DNA of 64,000 bases from a virus. Lineage: Duplodnaviria; Heunggongvirae; Uroviricota; Caudoviricetes. The position numbers were made by a program, and so were the translations under genes. Shown here piece by piece: positions 55,156-64,000 of this stretch. The DNA lies in IMG/VR virus record IMGVR_UViG_3300032665_000003; one strand, 5' to 3'. The notes beneath the pieces are model-generated. The model saw nothing but the letters and a program-made list of their open reading frames with translations. It was not told where the DNA came from and searched no databases. Each line of letters starts with the position of its first letter. Within the stretch, counting starts at the first letter, position 1.

Positions 55156-55641
55156 TTACTCATTTTTTTTCGGATTAAGCATCTTAAGCAACTCGTTGCG
55201 GTCGAGTGATTTCCCTTCTCCTAACGGAGTACTTTCTATTTCTTCATTTTTGGATTGAACCTTTTGATCCAGTTGCGCTTTCTTAAGCTGAATGTCCAGC
55301 ATCTTTAGTTTTTTATTTATTTTGGCTGTCTTAGCAGTAATTGCATGTCCAAGAAAACTGCTAGCTGCGTTGAATATTTCCGAACTGAATCTGGATTCAA
55401 CTTGCATACCTAAATCGACAAGATCCTTATAGCTAGATTTTGCCATATCAGCAAGTTCATCCATCTCCTCATCAGCGGCCTCTAAACCTTTAACCAGCGG
55501 TAAGGCTGCTTCAATTTTATCTAAATTTGTAAGTGCAGATTCGGTTACTTCTTGTGTATTTTCTGGTAAGGAGGCGTCATCATACGAGTCTGGCTCGTTG
55601 GATTTGGATGATAACTCAAATAGTTCTTCAAGTTTTTTCAT
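55156..55641 (-). CDS. acidic coiled-coil protein (161 aa); scaffold-like composition
   Basis: ORF track. Confidence 0.4.
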   Translation of the reverse strand: MKKLEELFELSSKSNEPDSYDDASLPENTQEVTESALTNLDKIEAALPLVKGLEAADEEMDELADMAKSSYKDLVDLGMQVESRFSSEIFNAASSFLGHAITAKTAKINKKLKMLDIQLKKAQLDQKVQSKNEEIESTPLGEGKSLDRNELLKMLNPKKNE

Positions 55642-55653
55642 GCAAGTATTTAT

Positions 55654-56088
55654 TTACTTGCGCCCATTATAGAACAAATCCTCTTCCGTAATTACGCGAA
55701 AGGCAAACCCTTGCGACTGGCAGTAGGCCTTGGCCGCGGCCCACTTAGCATGATTCACTGCAACTGCGGCTCTATCTCTAGCACTTGCTGTCCTGCTTTC
55801 AATCAGACTTTGCTTCTTTGGTTTGATTTCTACTACTTCAGCAATCTTTTTACCAAATTTGTTTTCATACACTACGAAAAAATCAGGAATATAGTTGGAT
55901 GGTTTTCCTGTTAATGGATTACGATATGGAATCGACATTGATTCACTTGCCCAAGCAAGCACATTTTTGTTACTGTCGCAAAAGGTCATGAACGTCATTT
56001 CCCAGCCTGATCTATATCTAGGTGCGTGTTTACCTATATATTTCTCAGGGTTTTTGGGAGTGTATATGCCGTTTGCCCATTTACCCAT
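55654..56088 (-). CDS. PD-(D/E)XK nuclease-fold protein
   Basis: Motif W.SESM..Y......YIPDFFVVY.......EVVEIKP. Confidence 0.45.
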   Translation of the reverse strand: MGKWANGIYTPKNPEKYIGKHAPRYRSGWEMTFMTFCDSNKNVLAWASESMSIPYRNPLTGKPSNYIPDFFVVYENKFGKKIAEVVEIKPKKQSLIESRTASARDRAAVAVNHAKWAAAKAYCQSQGFAFRVITEEDLFYNGRK

Positions 56089-56089
56089 A

Positions 56090-56449
56090 TCATTGCACTA
56101 CATTGCGCTGTACTGCTTCGTTTGGTTTTGGAATATTTCCGACGCCATACAAAGAATTATTTGACTTAAATGTATTCAAATAATAACAAAGAATAGTGTT
56201 CATCTGTAGATTATTAGGGGCGCCCTGAACAATCTCTAACAAGTCCATAACGTTATAATTTCCAGTTTGCGCGATTCTAAACAGAATAGTTGTCATGTTA
56301 GATGCAATGTCTGCGTTGTTTGACTTGCCCTTAAAATATGAATACACTATATCGTAGTCAGCCGCATTTATAGTCAACTGCTTATTATAGAAGTTGTCAT
56401 AAATGCGAATAGTTTGATCTACTTGATCTATCGATGAAATGCTTGCCAT
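56090..56449 (-). CDS. hypothetical protein (119 aa)
   Basis: ORF track. Confidence 0.4.
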   Translation of the reverse strand: MASISSIDQVDQTIRIYDNFYNKQLTINAADYDIVYSYFKGKSNNADIASNMTTILFRIAQTGNYNVMDLLEIVQGAPNNLQMNTILCYYLNTFKSNNSLYGVGNIPKPNEAVQRNVVQ

Positions 56450-56469
56450 ATTAGTATTTATGCTGTAAA

Positions 56470-57648
56470 TTAACTATTGTTTTGAGTTCCGGCTGTTCTG
56501 CTTCCTGTTATAGCAGAGGTCACTGCACCAATGACAGGTGATGCTGCTAATCCGGCAGGACCTGGAGTTGATCTTGCAGTTGGGAAGTTGAATAATGTGT
56601 TTCTAGTATTTGGTGTGTTTTGTACTGAGTTCACTAACATAGTGTTCAATTCAGTTTTAGCAGTGAGCGCAAGGTTGGTATTTTTAAACGTGTTGTACGC
56701 TGTTCCAGCAGCCATAATAGCACCAATTGGGTTACCCTCGTTTAGTGAATTTACAAACCCTCCTGCTGCATCCACTAATACGCCTTGTCCGAAAATAGTG
56801 CCCTGAGAACCTGGCTTAGCAATAGGACTCAGAGTAGTATCATAGTTTGCGGGATCACCGAAGGAAGTTACAATGTTACCTGGAGTTCTGCCATCCATTC
56901 CACCGTTATTATACAACACCGTCTCATAATCGACTGTCATTCTGTTAGCCATTGTGCCGGCACCCTCGGCGTAATTGTACGAGTCGTGTGAGAAATTCGT
57001 GATTATAGGATTAATTAGGGTATATGCAGTATACTTGTGTTGATCAAACCCGAACACGGTTATGCGCTTGAAGAAGGGAACCTTTTTGTTTGCTTGCACG
57101 TCCGTAGGGGTTCCGCCAGTGCCGCCCACAAGACCCCAATCATATGTTGCAGCGGGGCTATTTTGATAGATATTTCTGTCATTATATGCTGCATCACGCG
57201 GGCCATTTGCTCCGGGCGGACTACCCGGGTCGCCAGCTAATACCGATCCGGATCTAGCACCGTCGTTGTAATAATAAACGTAATATGCTTCCCACATTTT
57301 GTTAACTTGATTTGCAGTATCATCGTGGAAAGTAATTTCTATAGGTTCGTACTTGATTTTAGTTTGAATTATTCTCTTTCTGTTGTATTGATTCATCTGA
57401 TAAGTACTGAAAGAGAATGATGGTAATTTAACCTCTTTTACTAATAGACCATAATTGGTCTGAGATCCAGGAAAGTACACCGCCGGATTAATTTCAAAAT
57501 ATGTATGAAAAAGGAACTTTAGTTTAGGAGCATTTTGATATGCATTTGTCCTAAACGTTTTTGATGCGTGTGTATAGTCTCTAAGGTAGTCGCTGCCGAA
57601 GAAGGCTCCGGCAGCGTCCTGTAGTAAATCTTGAATAAATCCAGTCAT
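56470..57648 (-). CDS. virion structural protein (392 aa) immediately downstream of the tail tube; possible second tube/tail protein
   Basis: Synteny, and G/N/T-rich composition. Confidence 0.4.
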   Translation of the reverse strand: MTGFIQDLLQDAAGAFFGSDYLRDYTHASKTFRTNAYQNAPKLKFLFHTYFEINPAVYFPGSQTNYGLLVKEVKLPSFSFSTYQMNQYNRKRIIQTKIKYEPIEITFHDDTANQVNKMWEAYYVYYYNDGARSGSVLAGDPGSPPGANGPRDAAYNDRNIYQNSPAATYDWGLVGGTGGTPTDVQANKKVPFFKRITVFGFDQHKYTAYTLINPIITNFSHDSYNYAEGAGTMANRMTVDYETVLYNNGGMDGRTPGNIVTSFGDPANYDTTLSPIAKPGSQGTIFGQGVLVDAAGGFVNSLNEGNPIGAIMAAGTAYNTFKNTNLALTAKTELNTMLVNSVQNTPNTRNTLFNFPTARSTPGPAGLAASPVIGAVTSAITGSRTAGTQNNS

Positions 57649-57663
57649 ACTGTATGACCTTTA

Positions 57664-58308
57664 TTAAGTAGTTCCACCGATACCTGTTACAGAACCAGTT
57701 GTACCTGATAGTGGGCGGACTACAGGTGTTCCAACACCAGAACCAAGCGGAGACTGAATTGCGTTGTCGAAACGAATAGTAAGTGCGATAGTTACCGGTT
57801 CATTTGTTCCGTAGTTCAATGTGTTGTAGTTTACAGTTTGAACGAAGCAACCATAAAGCTCCCAGGTCTCAAGAACTTGCGGAGTAGCAGTACCGTTACC
57901 ACCATCGAGAATTTCGATGTTAGTTTGGAACTTGTAGTCTTGACCGGTAGCCGCAGATGCTTGTTCAACAAAGTCCATTTGCTTTTGCACTTGTTGACCT
58001 ACTGCCTTAGAAACACTGCCTGAAGCGTCATCACGAATGTTGATCGAGATTGTTTGCCACTGATGCTTGCCAGCTAGATATAGGGTTGAGTTATATACTG
58101 GAAGAGTGATTTCTTGAAACGTAACGTTTGGACGAGAGCAATCTACTACTTGCTTAGTCAAACTCAGTCCTGCTGTTGACCCAACCCCGAAGTTCAAGAA
58201 ATTGACACGAAATCTGAACTGTAGTTTAGGCATCAACAGGCCTTGATTGCCACCAGCATTATCAGACGCTACGGTCATATTGAACAATGATTGTGAGGCT
58301 GTTGCCAT
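57664..58308 (-). CDS. tail tube protein (T4 gp19-like)
   Basis: Length and position after the sheath; a spaced conservation pattern like gp19 (..KLQFRFRVNF.., ..WELYGCFVQTVNYNTLNYG..EPVTIALTIRFDNA). Confidence 0.55.
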   Translation of the reverse strand: MATASQSLFNMTVASDNAGGNQGLLMPKLQFRFRVNFLNFGVGSTAGLSLTKQVVDCSRPNVTFQEITLPVYNSTLYLAGKHQWQTISINIRDDASGSVSKAVGQQVQKQMDFVEQASAATGQDYKFQTNIEILDGGNGTATPQVLETWELYGCFVQTVNYNTLNYGTNEPVTIALTIRFDNAIQSPLGSGVGTPVVRPLSGTTGSVTGIGGTT

Positions 58309-58344
58309 TTTTGTATTCTCCTGTTATAAGTATTTATCTTTTTA

Positions 58345-58370
58345 AAGTGGGTGCCCTAAAGCACCCACTT
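58345..58370 (-). terminator. hairpin AAGTGGGTGC-CCTAAA-GCACCCACTT between the sheath and tube genes, followed on the minus strand by a late-promoter-like GATAAATA and the RBS AGGAG
   Basis: Direct reading; 10-bp perfect stem. Confidence 0.35.
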
Positions 58371-58378
58371 TAACTATA

Positions 58379-61300
58379 TTATGAGCTAGCATTGTTACCC
58401 AATGCACCAGTATTAAGAACGCGAACTGGGATATAAATGAATTCTGCTGCTTTCACCGGCTCAATCGCACAGTCTACCCAAAGTTCATTTCTGTCGATTC
58501 TTGCTGGTGTGTTGTTTGACAAATCACATACAACCAAATAATCGTATACACCGCGCTTTGCTACTAGGTCTACAAACAGGGTTTGAATGACACCAGAGAT
58601 TTGCTGTCTAGTGATACTATCGTTTGGTTCGAATACGAATGGTCTTGCTGCCACTGTCAATTGACGACGAATGTATCCAATAAGTCTTGCTACGTTAACT
58701 CTATCAAGTGCAGAATTTGATGCATAGCTAGTTTTATTACCGTAGTTTAGCAATCCATTTCCAGTGAAGAATACCAGTGGGTTGATTTGATTAGAATATA
58801 GAACGTCACGAATTCCGACTCTAGAATTCTTAACTACTACAAATTCACCCGTCATTGCACTAACGTATCCGATGTTGGTAGCGTTGTCTATGATACCACG
58901 ACGCGTACCTGCTGGAGCAAACCATGGATAAGAAACACTATCACTACGTAAGAATGTTCTGATCATCATGTGCGATGCAGGAACTGCAACAAGATTGCCG
59001 CTCAAGTCAGAAGTGATACCTGATGGATAGAACAGACCCAAATAAGTATCACGAGTTACAAGACCGTCTTCACCAGTTGACGTTGCGTTGGCAGCATTAG
59101 TTGCCCATGCTTGAATTAAGGTAGCATCATCTGCTAGTCTCATCGGCGTATCACCGATGATGAATCCAGTGTCTCCTCTATCGTTATTGAGAACAACCAT
59201 GTTAGGTTGTAGTTCAGGATAGTTCGGAGTTGCAATCAAGGTGAATGCGTTATCTTCGTCACGAATTGCAGTATTTGTGTCGATTGCCTCACGCATTGCC
59301 TTAACAACCATTGCTCTTTGTGCCTTGCGGCCCATATACGGAGCACCGTTTGTTTGCAACCCGGATTCTGTTACCCAGGCATCAGTTTGATTGGGAATAT
59401 TTGCTCCTGGGAATCTGTTATTGTTAAAGTAGTTAGAACGGAATTGCTTTACATTATATCCCGAACGACGAGTATTGAACAATAACATACCTACTGGATA
59501 TAAAGTAGGATCTGGTGCATCCAAATCAAGATAGTTGCTAGTCAACAATGACTTGATCGTTGGAATAGGATCATTAACCGGGCTAACGTATTGTGTAGTG
59601 GCCCAACGTGCATCTGCAAACAGAACACCAGTTGAACTGGTCTGATCAGTATTATCTAATCTTACCCATTGATCTACGCCATTTACGCTTTCCCAACGAT
59701 TTATAAGAGGATAATTCTCTAGATCACTAGTGTCGATCCAAATATCACCATATGCAAGGGCCTGACCGCTTGATTGCAGCATTGGTTCTGAAGCACTTAT
59801 AAGTGGTCCGTTAGGGTCGGTCATGTTTGATCCTGATGGAAGAGGAAGACCTGAACTGCTGTATGATGCATTTCTATAGCCCTTCCATCCAGTAGTAGTA
59901 TTTACCATAATATCTACTTGATCTACTACACTATAAAACCAATTTGTTAGATCAGCAGGAGCCGCAGTTGGTGCGCCTTCGTTTGCAGTCATGTAAAATT
60001 GTATCCAATTTGACAATTCAACCATGTAGTTTGCGGCGCCGGAGCCTGCATAGTAAGAAACTTTAGTGACTGCTCCTGTTGAAGTTTCTTCAACTCTTAC
60101 AGTCAAGTCATTTCCTGATGGAGTAATTCCACCAGTACCAGTACCACCTAATTGGCTACCTGGGAATGTTACTAAGTCTCCTACAGTATAACCAGTTCCT
60201 GGATTTGCAAAAGAAATAGGATTTACTTGATAATTTTGGAAGTTATTAGTAACGCTAATTGACAAATCGGTTCCTACGCCAGTAGTATATGTTGGTGTAG
60301 GTGTCATCAATGGTGATACAAACGGACCAACTTTGACTCCTTCAGTATAACTTACAACAAATCCAGCGTCACTCATTAAACCGTTTGGTTGGAATGTACT
60401 AGTGTCAAAGTCATTTACTACGATCACGCCACCCTCAGTGTGAGTCAATTGAATTTCTCCAGTATCCAATAACATAGCTGTTGTATATGGAATAGCAGCA
60501 GTCGTCCAAGCAGTTACAAAGTCAAGCGCTGTAGCGTTATCTGCGACACTAAGCGTATAAGGTGCTGACAATCCGTTTGATCCTGGAATTGAAACATACA
60601 CATGACTAGTATATGGGCCATTAGTAAATGTAGGATCTTGCATAGAACCAGTAATTACAGTTGGACCAGATGTAAGTCTTTCCCAATAATAAATTGGACC
60701 TGCTTGATAACCAGGAACGCCTGAAGTATTGATGATATCAGCATCATAGTTGTATTGCGCATAGACCGTTCCAGCTGGAATGTTTTTTCCACCAGTTGAA
60801 TCTAATGAATTGATCGCAGCAACGTCGCTAGTAGCGAATGATACAGTTTTAGAAGACCAAACTGCCTGTGTGCTGTCCCATTGTGATATTACTGGATTGA
60901 ATCCAGTGCCAGCAGATCCAATCTTGATCCAAACTGATCCAGTTGGGCTCGGGAAAAGTTGACCTTGTTGCCATAATGGCTGCTGTGCAGATGTACCATA
61001 GGCAACATTCGGTTGGAAATAATTACCTGCGGTAATGCCCAAGGAGGTAAGCATTGTGCCGGTACCTGAAATATTAATGTAAAACGGAACGCTGTTATTA
61101 GGAGCCTGTCCAGTTTGTGTAGAGAAAAGTTGAAGATTTCCGCCTACAACACTTGCTGACAAATACGGACGCTGTAAAGCATTAATAGCTGATGCTAGAC
61201 CAAAAACAGTAGTCTGTCCAGTAATAGTATAAACGGGACCATTCGCTCCGTTTGCAGGGCCACCCATCGCAATGCTGATAGAATCACCTGAATTCAACGT

Positions 61301-62005
61301 TGGTAGTGAATTGCTACCTTGAACCGTAGGAACCGAAGCGAACCAAGCAGACGTTCCGATTGCCACCCATTGATTAAATGAGTTCTTATAGAAGAATTGT
61401 TTAGCATTGTTTGCAGAAGGATATGTGTAATTAGGAATTGCGATCACCGCGTAATCACCCACTGAACCCAAGCTTTGAATTGGATATCCAGCAGATACTA
61501 GCGTAATATCGCTAATTTCAATCGGAGATTGAATTTCAAATTGCCCAGTAGTAGAATTAAATTCGTAAATGCCCCAAGTGGTGTTAGTAGTATCTAACCA
61601 ATAAGTTCCGTCAGCTGGATTTCCAGTAGGACGACCAGTCTGTCCTACTAGACTTGCGAGGTCGATATCTGCTCTTAGGCAGTAAATTAAGTTAGATACA
61701 CCTAGTGCAGAATATGCAGCTAGCAAACCATATTCATTGAGTTCGTATCCTTGAATAGGAGTACCATTCGAAGTCGTATAGAAGAATGGATTACCATATA
61801 GAGTTACAAGATCACGTTGACTAGTGATTTGAAATAGCGTGTTTGCGTTTGCTGCTGTGGTTCCGACTGCTACAGAAGTAGAAGTAGGATCAGCTTTGTT
61901 TGCTGCGGTCGCGAGCAAAACAAAAGGAATTGTACCGAGCGGGGCCGGAAGATATTGAGATTGATCAATGATCGTTACTTCTACACCTGGAGAAACTAGT
62001 GTCAT
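58379..62005 (-). CDS. contractile tail sheath protein (T4 gp18-like)
   Basis: N-terminus MTLVSPGVEVTIIDQSQY compares with gp18 MTLLSPGIELKETTVQ. The C-terminus RVNVARLIGYIRRQL..YDYLVVCDLSNNTPARIDRNELWVDCAIEP compares with gp18 RINVRRLFNMLK..YEYRVVCDTTNNTPSVIDRNEFVATFYIQP. Start trimmed to MTLVSPG. Confidence 0.75.
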   Translation of the reverse strand: MTLVSPGVEVTIIDQSQYLPAPLGTIPFVLLATAANKADPTSTSVAVGTTAANANTLFQITSQRDLVTLYGNPFFYTTSNGTPIQGYELNEYGLLAAYSALGVSNLIYCLRADIDLASLVGQTGRPTGNPADGTYWLDTTNTTWGIYEFNSTTGQFEIQSPIEISDITLVSAGYPIQSLGSVGDYAVIAIPNYTYPSANNAKQFFYKNSFNQWVAIGTSAWFASVPTVQGSNSLPTLNSGDSISIAMGGPANGANGPVYTITGQTTVFGLASAINALQRPYLSASVVGGNLQLFSTQTGQAPNNSVPFYINISGTGTMLTSLGITAGNYFQPNVAYGTSAQQPLWQQGQLFPSPTGSVWIKIGSAGTGFNPVISQWDSTQAVWSSKTVSFATSDVAAINSLDSTGGKNIPAGTVYAQYNYDADIINTSGVPGYQAGPIYYWERLTSGPTVITGSMQDPTFTNGPYTSHVYVSIPGSNGLSAPYTLSVADNATALDFVTAWTTAAIPYTTAMLLDTGEIQLTHTEGGVIVVNDFDTSTFQPNGLMSDAGFVVSYTEGVKVGPFVSPLMTPTPTYTTGVGTDLSISVTNNFQNYQVNPISFANPGTGYTVGDLVTFPGSQLGGTGTGGITPSGNDLTVRVEETSTGAVTKVSYYAGSGAANYMVELSNWIQFYMTANEGAPTAAPADLTNWFYSVVDQVDIMVNTTTGWKGYRNASYSSSGLPLPSGSNMTDPNGPLISASEPMLQSSGQALAYGDIWIDTSDLENYPLINRWESVNGVDQWVRLDNTDQTSSTGVLFADARWATTQYVSPVNDPIPTIKSLLTSNYLDLDAPDPTLYPVGMLLFNTRRSGYNVKQFRSNYFNNNRFPGANIPNQTDAWVTESGLQTNGAPYMGRKAQRAMVVKAMREAIDTNTAIRDEDNAFTLIATPNYPELQPNMVVLNNDRGDTGFIIGDTPMRLADDATLIQAWATNAANATSTGEDGLVTRDTYLGLFYPSGITSDLSGNLVAVPASHMMIRTFLRSDSVSYPWFAPAGTRRGIIDNATNIGYVSAMTGEFVVVKNSRVGIRDVLYSNQINPLVFFTGNGLLNYGNKTSYASNSALDRVNVARLIGYIRRQLTVAARPFVFEPNDSITRQQISGVIQTLFVDLVAKRGVYDYLVVCDLSNNTPARIDRNELWVDCAIEPVKAAEFIYIPVRVLNTGALGNNASS

Positions 62006-62146
62006 ATTATTTTTCCTTTGTATAATTATGAGGTTTACCACCTGTCCCCTAATGCTAGTAACACTAGGTTTCTAACACTTATTTAGCGTAGGATTAAAAA
62101 ATCCTTGGTTAGACGCACCTTCGAAGGTTTTTTGATAAGTATTAGT

Positions 62147-62503
62147 ATGCTGAAAAGACCCATCTGTAAGACCTGTAATAAGAACTACTGTGCCGTCAAC
62201 TACAAGAAGAACGGAGTGACGCATTACCGTAGTATTTGTGATGGGTGTGGAAAGAACAAGCCTAAAAAGAAGGCACAGGTTCATACTTGGGAGAAGGCTG
62301 GATACAAGAAAAAATCCACTTGCGACCTATGCGGATTTAAAGTAGTTTATCCCAGCCAAACAACGGTGTTCCACATTGACGGGGACTTAACTAATGTATC
62401 GTTCAATAATTTAAGGACGATATGTTTGAATTGCGTTGAAGTAGTGAAGCGCAAAGAAGTCACTTGGAAACGCGGAGATTTGACAGTAGATTGGTATAAA
62501 TAA
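62147..62503 (+). CDS. HNH-like zinc-finger protein
   Basis: CKTCNKNYC...CDGCG; HIDGDLTNVSFNNLRTICLNC. Confidence 0.35.
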   Translation: MLKRPICKTCNKNYCAVNYKKNGVTHYRSICDGCGKNKPKKKAQVHTWEKAGYKKKSTCDLCGFKVVYPSQTTVFHIDGDLTNVSFNNLRTICLNCVEVVKRKEVTWKRGDLTVDWYK

Positions 62504-62506
62504 AGA

Positions 62507-62563
62507 TGTAGTTCGCGGGACGGCAATCCCCAACTACTCTAATACTGTCAAGGAGTATCAGCA
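62507..62563 (+). promoter_or_regulatory. conserved leader motif (copy A) with strong RBS AAGGAG, upstream of the HNH gene
   Basis: gatgtagttcgcgggacggcaatccccaactactctaatactgtcaaggagtatcagcaATG. Confidence 0.4.
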
Positions 62564-63140
62564 ATGTCTATTTATAGAAAAACCAACTACCGCAAAATAT
62601 ACGAAGACCACAATGGTCCCATCCCCGTAGATGAGGATGGGAGAACCTATGAAATACACCATCTTAGATGGGAATAGAAAAAACAACGATCCTAACAATC
62701 TGATTGCCGTCTCTATACAAGATCACTACGACATACATTATTCCCAAGGAGACTGGGGTGCGTGTATTAGAATAGCCCAAAGAATGAGTGTGTCCCCTAG
62801 CAAAATATCCGAATTGTCAAGCCTTCACAATAAGAAAAGACTAGAGAACGGAACACACCTCTTTTTAGATAGTGAGTTTCAACGAAGCATGGTGAGAAGA
62901 CAAATAGCAGACGGAAAAAGTGCCCTAGTCGGAGGAAAGCTACAAAGGGAATTAGTAGCTAGTGGAAAACACCATCTATTATCCGGAGACATACAACGAA
63001 GATCAGCAAAACAACGCACGGACGAAGGTACTCATCAATGCGTTGTAAAGACAACCTGTCCGCACTGCGGTAAAGAAGGAACAAAGTTAATATTAGCTAG
63101 ATGGCATTTTGATAACTGTAAGTCTAACCCTAACCGTTGA
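62564..63140 (+). pseudogene. HNH homing endonuclease gene interrupted by a +1 frameshift near 62655-62670 (EIHHL then the frame jumps to DGNRKNNDPNNL); a pseudogene, a sequencing error or programmed frameshifting
   Basis: Frame A reads MSIYRKTNYRKIYEDHNGPIPVDEDGRTYEIHHLRWE*. Frame B reads MKYTILDGNRKNNDPNNLIAVSIQDHYDIHY..., and the HNH motif spans the junction. NUMOD-like repeats and a CPHC zinc motif lie downstream. Confidence 0.55.
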
Positions 63141-63765
63141 TTATTGATTCAATCTGCTGATGCAGACTGTCAATCGTGCCATTATTATCTATCTGGCAAT
63201 CATATTCTAGACCAACGCTACTGTATTCGCTAGCATGAACTTCATATTCCTTCTCTAGGATGAGCTTAAGATGATTGCGTTCTTCTTCATCCGTCGAGTT
63301 GTTGAACTTAGCAGCGAACTGTTCCCATATGTAGGTGCCGCCGCGATTAGTTCTCATAGTGATTCCGCCTGCTGACTGGATAGCATTAATCTCATTTGGG
63401 AACCTGCAGTCAGTGATGACGATATCATCCTTTGTAACTAGGAGCCGATTCTCGACTGAAGCTACCCAGATGTCATTGTGAAAGCTTTTCCTACAAACAT
63501 CTGTCCCCCATTGCTGAAGAATCCAACGAGGAGTTAGATTTGGAATACCTAGTCTGTCAGCCCACCATTGGTCAACAGTCTCTCTCCATTCTCTGCTTGT
63601 TTTGGTAGAGCCTTCAAGGAGTTCTCTATCCCAGTTGAAGACTGCTGATACAGCATCTTTAAGAGTTCCAGCAAAGCTCATGCGTTTGAATCCATGAACG
63701 GTGCACAGATAGTCTGCTGCGGTATCCTTGCCGGATCCGATCTTGCCTGTAATTCCTATGATCAT
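63130..63765 (-). CDS. deoxynucleoside monophosphate kinase (T4 gp1-like)
   Basis: P-loop GITGKIGSGKDT; RWILQQWGTD compares with T4 RRLMQALGTD; ITDCRFPNE compares with T4 VPDTRQDHE. Confidence 0.6.
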   Translation of the reverse strand: MIIGITGKIGSGKDTAADYLCTVHGFKRMSFAGTLKDAVSAVFNWDRELLEGSTKTSREWRETVDQWWADRLGIPNLTPRWILQQWGTDVCRKSFHNDIWVASVENRLLVTKDDIVITDCRFPNEINAIQSAGGITMRTNRGGTYIWEQFAAKFNNSTDEEERNHLKLILEKEYEVHASEYSSVGLEYDCQIDNNGTIDSLHQQIESIING

Positions 63766-63796
63766 TTAATTATAATAGCACAGTAGCTATAGAATG

Positions 63797-64000
63797 TCAA
63801 TCGGTTTGATCTATCCACCACTGAATAGCTTCGTCGGAGTATCCCAATAATTTACCCAATTTGATGTCATACTCCCTGCCTCTATCTGAAGAAGATATAA
63901 GTTTTAATATCTCTTCCCCTCGCCATTCTTCACCGGGCAAAGTGATAACATAATCTCCGTTTTGGTCTTTTGCAATAAGTTTGATACGACCTTGCTGTAT
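63797..64000 (-). CDS. C-terminal part of a hypothetical protein whose start lies beyond the window
   Basis: Manual translation ...IQQGRIKLIAKDQNGDYVITLPGEEWRGEEILKLISSSDRGREYDIKLGKLLGYSDEAIQWWIDQTD*. Confidence 0.3.
   Translation of the reverse strand: MQQGRIKLIAKDQNGDYVITLPGEEWRGEEILKLISSSDRGREYDIKLGKLLGYSDEAIQWWIDQTD

Overview
This window looks like part of a large AT-rich T4-like myovirus genome, probably a jumbo or near-jumbo phage of a Gram-negative (likely marine) host. Almost every gene is on the minus strand.

- **Structural genes:** a T4 gp18-like tail sheath and gp19-like tail tube, a PAAR spike-tip protein, a 975-aa N/T/S-rich structural protein, and a 1520-aa tail fibre whose DNA carries internal tandem repeats.
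- **Nucleotide metabolism:** glutaredoxin, nrdB, and an nrdA split into two ORFs by a split intein with a free-standing HNH gene between the halves; also a T4 gp1-like dNMP kinase.
- **tRNA array:** about 28 tRNA genes, all on the minus strand, in four clusters interleaved with at least ten HNH or GIY-YIG homing-endonuclease genes. Several tRNAs are non-canonical or degenerate.
- **tRNA-related enzymes:** TilS (tRNA-Ile lysidine synthetase) directly beside a CAT-anticodon tRNA, a PTH2-type peptidyl-tRNA hydrolase, a possible CCA-enzyme C-terminal-domain protein, and two further PP-loop ATPases.
- **Auxiliary genes:** S-adenosylmethionine decarboxylase, a Prx5-type peroxiredoxin, a RimK-like ATP-grasp ligase, a secreted NUC1-type nuclease, an SPFH lipoprotein module, and a DUF1501 plus PSCyt1/DUF1549/DUF1553 gene pair that is otherwise a hallmark of Planctomycetes-Verrucomicrobia genomes.
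- **Foreign island:** a visibly GC-rich segment carries an MqsA-like zinc-finger/HTH antitoxin homologue with no intact toxin partner.
- **Regulation:** sigma70-like early promoters (TTGACT-N17-TATATT), including a triplicated promoter-plus-small-gene cassette; T4-type late promoter motifs (TATAAATA); and a duplicated roughly 57-nt leader motif.

All calls rest on reading the sequence and ORF translations by eye. No database searches were run.
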